A DNA stretch of 64,000 nucleotides from positions 2,772,623 to 2,836,622 of the forward strand of contig NW_003314274.1 in the NCBI RefSeq assembly GCF_000143415.4. The letters are read 5' to 3'. This stretch comes from Selaginella moellendorffii. Its lineage: Eukaryota > Plantae > Lycopodiophyta. Below the pieces are notes generated by a model, which was not told the DNA's origin, searched no databases, and saw only the letters and a program-made list of their open reading frames with translations. The translations under genes and the position numbers were made by a program. Of this stretch, positions 23,653-34,285 are shown one piece after another (within the stretch, counting starts at the first letter, position 1; every line of letters starts with the position of its first letter).

Positions 23653-26051
23653 CTATGCCTTAACAATCCTCTTATAAGCTGCAAGTGATGCTTCGAGAAA
23701 CCATTTGTCATCGGGAAGAACACTAGACAAAAAGAAATGAGCAAATTTCCTAGAGAGACATCAATTTAGAAACCTCATTGGATCTTGACCATTCAATGCG
23801 AATGCATTACTTGCTAGGGCGATGTTGCCAGCAACCACCTTATACATGACATCTGAAGTGCAGCTTCTTTCAGTGGCGATCTCAATCACGAATTGCATGT
23901 CTAACACGAACTACAGAGGAGAAACAAATTATGTAAGTGGAAGAAGTGACCAAAATTACCTTTCTAAGTCCTATTGAACTAAATGTTTTTGGACCTTCTT
24001 CAACTTGGCTCCAGAAAGATTTGTTGTGCTGGATCGCAGTTACCACACTGGTCAAAATATCTGTAATCAATAGAAGACAGACATGTTCTTGTCCCCGAAA
24101 AACATCTTCCCCTGCTTTAGCTAAGGCGACGACTTTAAAGAGGAGTTGCTGATTAAAGCATGTTAGAAAATGATAAGAAGAGCTAGCATACCTCGAAAGG
24201 TGACGATGGAAATGGGTTTTGTTGCCATTCTGGGTCTGCGGCTTCAGAATAAAGATCGGGAGTCAGAAGTTCTCGATCTTTATCGTACAGAATATCCTTT
24301 ATAAGAATGTTGCATATAGTAGACTTCAACTTCTCACACGTGTGCTGCAGGTATAACTTCCACTCTTTTTGCTGCTCATCATCAATGGAACTGTTGAAAC
24401 TCTCCTGACATTGAAGTAGTGAGCGAGAAACCTTGGGGAGTATATCCTCAGATAAAGCTGTTGCATTGCCCAAGACAACAAGTTTTTGTGACATTGTTTT
24501 TGCTAGTTTTATGTTTCCTTTCTGCAAGATCTGGCCGTCAGGCAGCAAAGCGTCTATAAGGAGATCCACATAGCGCTCATAGATCTTACACAAAGCTTCA
24601 AGGGCCGAGTGGGCCAGCTGAAATCTTGTCAAAGGTTTGACACCATGCAGAAAGTCCTGTAACTAGACTTCCAATCACCACAATCTTTGTTGGCTAAATT
24701 TCCATACCTCGATCAAAATGTTGAACGTGTGTGCACTGCTTGACAAGCGTACATAAATACCCTCTGCAGTGCGATAAGATGCTCTCCCACCCATTCTCTG
24801 ATCATGGAGGGGCTGGATAAGGTTCCAGTCATCTGCTGCAGCTAATGCAATGACGTTGTCCCCAATTCGTACAACATTGGCTGAAACTGCTTCCTCTACA
24901 GATGGCTTGAGAAGACTCGAAAGGTAAGGACAGATTGCAAGTCCCTGGGTTTCAAGGAGAAAACAGTGTCCCAGAGCCATATGCACGCATTCGGCAGCTG
25001 CTCTTAGTCCCCCTGCCGCTGCTAGAGATGAGAGCACATACTTCTTTAGTAAAGTAACAAATTCCTGGGTTATATCTCGTGCCCATAAAACAAGCTCTGA
25101 TCCGCAACTGAAGTTTCCATTAAACACAGCAGCGGAATCCTTTAAAGCCAAGGAAATAGCAGAAAATGCAAGCTGAGAAAGAGCTGCGGTGTAGGCACCG
25201 CCATATGAACTCTTGCTTCTGCATAAACCTTTGATATTGTACAGTAGCCTATTTCGATGAGACACAAGCAGCAAGTCATGAGCTCTTGAGCCTTCACCAA
25301 GTTTCTGAAGAACTGAGCATGTATCACGTAGCTCAACGCCACAAACAGAAGCCTTCATAGTCGAGTTAGCTAGTTCTTCTGCTAGTCGTTCTTTCATTGA
25401 TTTCAAGTTCAATGCAATTACGGCAGCTTCCGATTTCTGGGGTGCATTTTCATCAAAAAACACTCTCCCTTTCTCTAGCTCATCTAAAGCTTTATGTGTT
25501 TTCTTCTCAGCAAGTAAAATTTGGAGATTGTCCAGCAACTCTGGAAACTGTTGTCCCCACTTTGAAGATTTAGTACCTTCTTCTTCCTGGAGAAACTGCG
25601 GATTGCTCACATCTTGTGCGCATAACTCAGCTGATTTTTGAGGTTGTTGCAACAAACAATGAATTATCGCGGCTTGATTAGAAAGTAGATTTCGCACCCT
25701 AAAAAGTGATGTCTCCAGCCATGATATGTCCCGAGTCGCTCTGTACGACCCAAATATTAAAGAAGTCAAGGTAAATCAAGGCATTTAGTAACCTTATGAA
25801 GTAAGTATAATCTCTATGTACATTACTTCTCGAAAATTCTGTACATGTAATTTTTAGATCAATGAGTTCTTGCCGCAGCTTTTTCACTCCCTTCACACAA
25901 AACACGAACTTGGCATTGGAATATTTTTAATTAGACTACTGAAAACCTTTTCACTCATAAGTGGACACTTCGATCGGATGTACTGGTCAATATCAAAAGC
26001 GTCTCTTTCCAAAAGTCGTAAGTCGTTTGCTAGAGCTTCATCCGCTCCCAT
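23653..26051 (-). CDS. EXO84: Exocyst complex component EXO84 (EXO84B-like), multi-exon
   Basis: FDIDQYIRSKC..MSEK; YGGAYTAALSQLAFSAI; SELVLWA; LAAAGGLRAAAECVHMALGHCFLLE; C-terminal FVLDMQFVI..GQDPMSVLPDDKWF. Start could alternatively be 26069. Confidence 0.9.
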
Positions 26052-26231
26052 GGATCGACAAAGAACCATGGCTATGCTATGTTGGCAAACAGAAAAACAG
26101 GAAGACACGTCGTCCCTCAAGACATGTCATGCTGACTAGGATTTCCCATCGGATACAAAGCATCTTCTACGATGGGATGCAGACGGCCATAACCCGTGTA
26201 TGATTTTAGGGAAGAGACTGTACACATAAAG
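26052..26231. promoter_or_regulatory. Putative bidirectional promoter between EXO84 and pyruvate kinase
   Basis: Only ~160-180 bp separate the divergent start codons. Confidence 0.55.
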
Positions 26232-28675
26232 ATGCAGGCAACTCGAGTTGTTCTGCAGGAACCCCTACGCTTGGCAAAAATCCTTGATCCCTCAGAGCAG
26301 GTGCCTAGAATATTTTAGATTCTTTTCAGCTCAGTTCCATTTCTGTTACAGGTTGGACATGGAAATTATCTCTCAATGTCAAAGATTATTGGGACACTCG
26401 GGCCAAAGTCGCGTGCAGTGGAGACAATTGAGGGCATGCTGAAAGCCGGAATGACAGGTAGTTTGAAAGAACCATCATTGCCTCCGGTGAATTGTTTGCA
26501 GTCGCGCGAATTGATTTTTCATATGGAACACCGGAATATCATCAAGAAACAATGGAATTCTTGAAGCAGGCTGTTCGCAATACCCGAACCCTTTGTGGTG
26601 TACGTTTCTGTTTCCAGGTAGCTGATTAGTTTTAATGCCCTCGAGAGTTGAACAGGTTATGATGGATACACTTGGGCCAGAGCTCCAGATTATAAACAAG
26701 AGTGAAACTCCAATTGCTATTGATGTAGATGCCTTTGTCACCTTGACACCAGATCAAAGTAAAGAAGCGTCTTCGAAGTACCTGCCAATAAACTTTCAAA
26801 ACCTTGCTAACGTAAGCTTATTTTAGCTTTATTTTTCATGGTCGCCCTCACACAAATAACTTGTGCAGGTAGTGAAACCAAAAGACACAATCTTTGTTGG
26901 GCAATACCTTTTTACAGGAAGTGAAAGCACCTCAATATGGCTTGAGGTCAGACTCATTTCTCCTCGAAACTATTTCTACATCAAATTTTCAGGTGAATGA
27001 AGTGAAGGGCAATGAAATCGTGTGTCGAGCTAAAAACGCTGCTACCTTAGCCGGGCCACTTTTCACCGCACTGGCTTCTTCAGTGCGCATTGATTTACCA
27101 ACACTAAGTGAAAATGACAAGAAGGTGTGTGCGTCTTCATTTTGCCAGTGAGATTGAGATTTGCTGTTCAGGTCATTGCTTCGTGGGGTAAAGCAAATAG
27201 GATTGACTTCCTGTCTTTGTCGTATTGCCGACATGCAGAAGACGTGAAACAGGTATATGAGTGTCACCCATGAAACCTTTCAACCCTCGTTTGCAGGCTC
27301 GGGCACTTCTTACATCACTAGAGCTTACCAAGACACAAATTTTTGCGAAGATTGAAAATGCCGAGGTTTGCTCAGGTCAGATTCTCTGAAGTTAAGACTA
27401 AATTTGAAACTTAATAATGTTGTAGGGTCTTAAGCACTTTGATGATATACTCAAGGAAGCGGATGGGATTATCCTTTCTCGCGGGAACCTTGGAATTGAT
27501 CTTCCGTCCGAAAAGGTACAGTAATTCTCAAATTGTTATTGACACATACTGTTTTACAGGTGTTTCTCTTCCAAAAAGCTGCTTTATACAAATGTAATAT
27601 GCTTGGAAAGCCAGCAGTAATTACGCGTGTTGTTGATACAATGACTGAAAACCCCAGGCCGACGCGTGCGGAGGCTACAGATGTTGCTAATGCTGTTCTT
27701 GATGGTAAAAGAAGTCGGGTCGTTGATGTCTCAGCTATCCTGTCCATTCTAGGAAGCGACGCTATTTTGCTAGGAGCGGAGACATACAGGGGAAATTTCC
27801 CTATCCAGTGCATTGGAACAGTTCGCCGAATCTGCAGGGAGGCAAGTTCTACTTCTAAATAATAATCACGAGACTAGGATCATTTTCATGTAGGCGGAAA
27901 TTGTGTACAATCAAAGGTTTTATTTCAAGAAAGTCCTTGAATATGTTGGTGAACCAATGGGACATCTTGAATCTATTGCTTCCGCAGCAGTAAGTAACTT
28001 TAAGTACTTTAAGAAGCGATATAACGTTAACAAGTACCAGGTACGATCAGCAACTAAGGTCGGTGCGTCAATGATAATTGTATTTACATCTGCAGGCCAA
28101 GCTGCAAGGCATACGTTTAACTGATTCCCCTTTGTAATTTCTAATGCGGCTAATGCAGGTTGATAGCTAAATATCGACCTCTGATGCCTGTTATGGTGGT
28201 TGTCATTCCACAAATCAGCACCAATTTTATGCGATTTAGTTTCAGTGGGACGTTTACGGTACAGTTGTTCTGAAAACGAGCATATCTGACGTCAATCAAA
28301 TTTACAGACAACTCCTCCTACTGCAACACAAGAAGCAGTTCTAAACAGTAAGATCATGCTGGTATGTGTGTATCCTCAAACTGTGTGTGTGTCCCTCGTT
28401 CACTCTTTTACATTTTCTGTAGGCAAGACAATGCCTGATTGTCCGCGGATTATTTCCGATACTTGCGGATCCTCAGGTAAGAACTTTTTCCTGATATTGT
28501 GTTTAGGCCAGCTCGTTTGCAGGTAAGTACAAGCAATGCTGCGAATGAGCTCGTCTTGAAAATGGCTATTGAGCATGGAAAAATGGCTGGGTGCATCAAG
28601 GCTAACGATCGTGTGGTTGTATGCCAAAAGATTGGTGACTCATCTGTGGTCAGGATCGTAGATATGGCGGCATAG
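26232..28675 (+). CDS. Cytosolic pyruvate kinase, multi-exon
   Basis: [18 protein letters not shown]; [11 protein letters not shown]; [10 protein letters not shown]; FAKIEN; [11 protein letters not shown]; [28 protein letters not shown]; LIAKYRP; [12 protein letters not shown]. Confidence 0.95.
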
Positions 28676-28834
28676 AAACCTTCCTGTGCTGACTATACAA
28701 TCTCAAAGATCTTTTTAATAAGCTCAATTTAGGGCAATTAGCCGAATGGTGTCAAGGGACCAAGGGACACAACCCCCGTCCAAGATGGCATCACCTTTCC
28801 TCACTTTTGAGCAAAAATTGTGGCCAGTGCGTCA

Positions 28835-30013
28835 ATGGCCAGCACAACAAATGCCAGCAGCAGCAATGCAAGAAAGAACAGTATGGTATGCTGCTCGTCT
28901 TCTTCAGGATTACCGCAGCCGATCGCTATGCCACGGAGATGGGGAAGCCTACCACCTTATATGGATTGGAGGCTTTGGGGAAACCTTCCAGATGATCTAG
29001 TCGAGAGGGTCCTTGCTTGGCTCCCCATACCTTCTTTCTTCCGCTTACGGTCCGTTTCCAGGCGATGGCGGTCAATCATGTATTCGAAAGGCTTCATGGA
29101 AATGTGTGCCGACGTGCCACCGAGGGGTTTGTTCTTCCTAAAAGTTGCCAGGTGCCGATGTAGAATGGTAGCTGCATACTACCCCTCTGGGAACAAGTGG
29201 TTGAATATCCCGATTGGTTTTCTGCCCTCTCAAGTCAGCGTTCCTGCAGCTTCTTCCAAAGGACTTATGTGTTTTATAGCTACTCAGTATACTGATGGAT
29301 ATAGCGTTCTACTCGTTTGCAATCCATTGACCAGGTGCTGGAAGGCACTACCACCTATGACAACGCGTAGGTACCCTTTTGTGGTAGCCCTGGTCACTGA
29401 CAGGAAGCTAAGTGCTTACAAAGTTATTGTTGCGGGAGACTATAATTCCTTTGATAATAGGCGGACCACGGAGGTTTATGACTCTGTTACCTCGACATGG
29501 AAACAATCTGGCCCTCTTCCACGAGAAGAGGAGATTACAAAAAACATAGTCGCCTGCAATGGTTATTTATTTTGCTTAAGCCGAGGACCTGGGAATGGCT
29601 TGCTAGCGTACAGCTTGCAGCAGGAAATCTGGATTAAAGTTCGAACAGGCAGAATGCCAGGATACTCTAAGTTTCGGCATCTGGTCGAGTGCAATGGAAG
29701 AATCATTATTGTCGGAAAGGCGTTAAGAAGGCAGGTCCTCGGACTTTATATATGGCACCTGGACCCGCCCACAATGAAGTGGAAGGAGCTGGCAAAAATG
29801 CCCCAGCCACTTTCCGAACAATTTTTTCGGACGCAGTCGGAGTGCTTCTTTTGCAGCGCCCTTGGAGACCAGATATTCATCAGCAGATTTTTCTGCGACA
29901 TAGGACTATTATACAATATCAGTCATGACACATGGCAATGGATCCCGGATTGCCCCAAGATAGCGAATCCATTCATTCTCACCTTGGAACCAGGTTTCGA
30001 TGCAGTTTACTAA
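28835..30013 (+). CDS. Intronless F-box/kelch-type protein
   Basis: F-box WGNLPDDLVERVLAWLPIPSFFRLRSVSRRW; ASSKGLMCF, LVCNPLTRCWKALP, EVYDSVTSTW. First in-frame ATG is at 28835. Confidence 0.9.
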   Translation: MASTTNASSSNARKNSMVCCSSSSGLPQPIAMPRRWGSLPPYMDWRLWGNLPDDLVERVLAWLPIPSFFRLRSVSRRWRSIMYSKGFMEMCADVPPRGLFFLKVARCRCRMVAAYYPSGNKWLNIPIGFLPSQVSVPAASSKGLMCFIATQYTDGYSVLLVCNPLTRCWKALPPMTTRRYPFVVALVTDRKLSAYKVIVAGDYNSFDNRRTTEVYDSVTSTWKQSGPLPREEEITKNIVACNGYLFCLSRGPGNGLLAYSLQQEIWIKVRTGRMPGYSKFRHLVECNGRIIIVGKALRRQVLGLYIWHLDPPTMKWKELAKMPQPLSEQFFRTQSECFFCSALGDQIFISRFFCDIGLLYNISHDTWQWIPDCPKIANPFILTLEPGFDAVY

Positions 30014-30024
30014 ATCAATGAAAT

Positions 30025-32911
30025 TTATGACTCTGTTCGGTTCCAAACGTTACGCAATAAACGGTATCTTTGGGCAAATGCATCTTTGGCTGACAAGTAA
30101 GCAGCCTCCTTCCCGTCAATACAACCATTCTCGACCAACAAAAAGAGAGGTGATTCAAGTTCCTCGAGTTCCTCGTCACTTGTATGTCCCTTGCGAAACA
30201 GGGACGCGCTCCTGGTCTGTGTGGGAGAGGCCATCATTTTCATATCGACAATGTCACCCATGCATGCAGAAGATGGTGGGAAGTATACAACCGGAGGAGC
30301 TGATGCCATGATTATTGTCCCGGGGCTGATGTCCGATTCGCCAACTCTTTGCCTCTCCATAGAGATCTTTGGTCATGCATGAAAAAAACGAAAAGTGAAC
30401 CTCCAAAGCTTAGCAATTTCCCCTACCTCGGCATTGAGAGCTGCCAGAAGGGAAGGTGGAATCGGATCAGGTGCATACTCGTCTGGAGCGAACTTAGAAA
30501 GAACCCTTCTGATCAAAAGCAAGCTTAATGCAGGGCAGACCTATGGTACATTGTTAATCGAAGCACTTATAGAAATTTAAGGGCTACCTCCTTTCTTATT
30601 GATTTTTCCATTAGCATGTCCTTCGGTAGCATCAACAGGTCGCTCATGGCCCGCAACATTGTAAAGTGAGATGTTCCTTTCTGTATGTTTGCTGCAGCAG
30701 CTGCCTCTTCACCAACGTGAGCAGTCAGCGCCAAAAGCCATGTAGACCATGTATTTATCTGCAATGCAATTCTTAGCTCGCAATCACATGAATTGCCACG
30801 AAACCCCTAACATGACCGCACCACATTCTTCAGCTGAGCACCTCCTCCGAAGCTGATACCATCAGGTGGTATAGGAAGAACACTGAGGTCTGTAATGGGA
30901 TCAGAGATGGGATCTGTGGGAACGTTTTCTTCCATATCCCTCAATATGGCATTGAACATTGCAACATCCAACCGTGCAACGCACTGCTCAACAATCTGCA
31001 TTGAACAATTGTCAAATCAGTGAAGAGGGAAGGGGGTCTTACCATTCTTTCTACAACCTGTAAACACCCGCAGTCGTGGCCACCTGCTCGAACAGGACAA
31101 ATCCTTTGCAATGCGTCTAGAAATGCTGCCTTCCATATTTCAATGGATAGCATCCCTTGATGCGAATCTTCAAAAGGCGTAACCACAAAACCCCGCACGC
31201 TTTTTTTTAGTCGTGAAACAACAGAACGCGGAGTAGAAAGCAGGCTCGACTGGTCTACCGCTGATGACTGCATGTGGGGAGTCAACGACTGCATGCAGCT
31301 ACATTAGCTAGATCGACGGATTATGTACCACATATTGACCAACCTGCCACCAGATGCATTCGACGATCCTTCCAAAAATCCATGCCTCAATCCTTTCCAG
31401 CATAGAAGCTAGAGTCGATTTCTCATGCCAGTCATGGAAAGCACTGTCTGAGGCAGTCTCAGGTAATGACGGTGGTGCAGTGTCAAACGCATGCGAAATC
31501 ATCTCCCTCAGAACAGCCACGTTAGACCACCAGAACGTCAACCTGGGAAGAAACAGACAGACGTTTAATATAGAATATGCACGAGCTATCTCTTTGAAAA
31601 CCTTGAGACGTCATTCTCGCAAGCCCGCACAACAACCACAAGACCTGAAGCACAGGTCCTGGCAGTGCTGGCCCTTGTACGTTGGCTAGACTTGTTGCAG
31701 GCATGGATGTATATCCTTGCAAGACGGCGTGCTGGGGCATGAATCTTGTGCGACGAGCTGCCGTGCTGGGCGACAGCAGAATACAAAGCCAGCTCCAGGG
31801 CAGCAGCTTCCTGCAGCTCCCATTTAAGATTTCCCACCTCATCCATCAGCTGCTTTGCTTCGTGTTGAACTGCAACAGCCTTAGCTTCAGCAGCATCCGC
31901 TCTCTGCCTTGCTTCTTCCACTGCCTTTTTATCCAACCTCTCACTTCTCTCGCCCGCACCTTCTGCGTACTTAATCCTTGCGGCTTGTATTACGTTGCTA
32001 GCACCACTGGCCTTTGTTTTTAGGAGCTTACTTTTCTGTTCAACATCGTTGTTCCTTCTAGGTGATGCAGAGTTAAAACTGGGTTTCCTTTGAGACGCAT
32101 AGGCTGATGCAGCAACAGCTGCAGCAACAAATGAAGAGGAAGAAGATGAAGAAAACGAAGAGGATGCTCCGGCTGAGTTAAGAATGCGTTGAACCCTGTC
32201 ATTCCTGGTGCTCGACGGCATGGCTTCTGGATCTGGGGGAACGGTAGCGGGACTGAGAGGAACAGATCTGGAACTCAACTGGGAACTTCCTTCTTCCGCG
32301 TCTTCAACCTCATCTTCGTCTTCGTCCATGAAAGCAGTGATGTCGTCCTCCTCGTCACTAACCAAGGATGCAATGAGGGATGAATATTCCTCTTTGTCCT
32401 CTCTCACTGGTACAGGAGGAACGCTGCTGCTGCTTGTGATGCCTTGTGGAGCAATTGTAAAGGAGAGACGGGGGGTGCCCAGTGAACTAAACTCTTTCCT
32501 TGCCACGGCCACTGGGATGCTTGAAATTGCGTTTCTATTCTGGTCGTTGAGATTTCCGTAGTCTGCAAGGTCCAGCACCGCCCTGCCCAGCGGCTGCCCT
32601 CGCGGGATCCCTTGTTCCGCAGCTTCACATAAGCTAAAGACAATGCATTTCTTTTGGAATCTAGGGCTCTCATGCTTTTTCTCCGGAAACTTGTACAGTG
32701 TAGCGGGGATTGTAAGCGAGTCGTTCAGTATGATCTTGTCCTTGTCTCCACTAACGCACTTGGTGTGCCCTGTTCGTTTCTCACCTCTCTGCCACTGGAT
32801 CATTACCATAGGGGGAAGTGTTACAGACGGCCATGGCTTCACATCGTGGAGCGCAATGTTGTACACTAATCCCACTGGGATACCCTTCTTCTTCCCTATG
32901 CCTAATACCAT
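30025..32911 (-). CDS. NT-type C2 (EEIG1/EHBP1 N-terminal) domain protein with coiled coil and conserved plant C-terminal domain
   Basis: MVLG start; IHDVKPWP-like and LGRAVLDLADYG C2 motifs; ELQEAAALELALYS; HAPARRLARIYIHAC; NDVSRLTFWWSN; ICPVRAGGHDCGCL; RLDVAMFNAILR; SDLLMLPKDML. Confidence 0.85.
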
Positions 32912-33200
32912 TCTAGGTCCAGTAAGCCCGGGCGAGGCTTACTGGAGTCCACACTAGGTCAAAGCCTTTACTGTGCTCAGATCTTGATCGCCCTTGCTCA
33001 TCACGCCATTCCCAAGCCAATCCTCCCTCTAGCCCTAGCTCCCACCATGTCCTTTATCGCTGCCCTGCTGCATCCCAAGAAGTCCCCCGCTGATCTGCCG
33101 CCTGATCCTCTGTAACAAACCCTTCCCCACCACGTCAGATCTCCTTGCCGAGTCATCCCTCCACGTGTTCTGCCTCACTTTGTTATACGGGCTTGTTATT

Positions 33201-33660
33201 GGCCGCTACACCACCCTAGAACTATGTTGAACAAGCAGTGTACGGTGTAGCGGCCCAGCGAAGCAAGTGACGTGGAAAGTGATGTGGCACTTAGAGGAAA
33301 GAAGGGCCAGATCTTGGCGGGAGAAATTTTTCACCTCGTGGTGGAAATTTTTCAGGGGGAGAAATTTCACCTTGGGTTCCATGCCCCCCCTTGGTGACAT
33401 GGCAACCAAAATGAGGGGAAAGGGGGAACCTGGTGTCTACTACTTTGCCACAATGTGAGTGTGTGAGTTTTTGGAAGGGTTCCATGCATCCCCCACTTGA
33501 AAATTTCTCCACCCCAATGACCCCCTTGGGGAAGTTTTTTAGAGGGGAAAATTTTTAACCCCTTGTTCCATGCACCTTACCAGTGACATAGCAATGGAAT
33601 TGGGGGAAGGGGGGAACCCCGTGTCCCCCTTGAAAATTTCTCCTCATGCTTGGAACCTGG
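33201..33660. repeat. 12-bp inverted repeat followed by a degenerate direct repeat of ~190-bp period (probable small TE remnant)
   Basis: GGCCGCTACACC (33201-33212) pairs with GGTGTAGCGGCC (33244-33255). 33355-33440 resembles 33543-33630. Confidence 0.55.
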
Positions 33661-34285
33661 TAGAATAAGTTAATAAAATAGTGCCACGTATAAAAATAGT
33701 AATCACTAGTAATTGCCCAGCATATGCTGCCTCAGTTAGCAAACACATTTTGATTATCATTATTACTTTGAAAATAATGTCTATGTAAGTAATTACTGCA
33801 ATGCAAAAACCTCAGACATCCAACAAATAAAAGATCAAACTGATCACTGTTTGCATCTCGATGTCCTCTTCAGCTAGAAGTATAAGCTGCTTGAGGAGTG
33901 GTGTGAAAAGGAGTGCTCCCGGCCTTGACATGAAGAAAGTTCGAGCGGCTTAAAAGAAAATGCCAGCAGTAAGTTCCTATTTCCTTTTCACCATTACTGA
34001 CTTCATTTGCTTGCATTTTTCTTTTTTGTATTCTCCGGACATCAACATCTCTTATGTCTATGGCTGGAAAACATTTTTGGTGGCTGCCGAGAACAACTGT
34101 GGAATGAAAACAAGTTGGAACGAAAAGGAAAATGAGGGAGTTGAAATGTAAAGAAAGAATTGTAAAACATTTATTGATATATAAATAAAGACCAAAGTTG
34201 AATTGAGACCTTTCACTAATCATCCAATATATTTAAACGAAAGAGCCTCATTGATCATTGCAGTAGGTGGCCCTAATTATTTTAA

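Noticed and set aside
31682-32957. Antisense ORFs overlapping the NT-C2 gene (and similar shadow ORFs over other genes)
   Set aside because: Typical opposite-strand shadows of coding exons, with no motifs.
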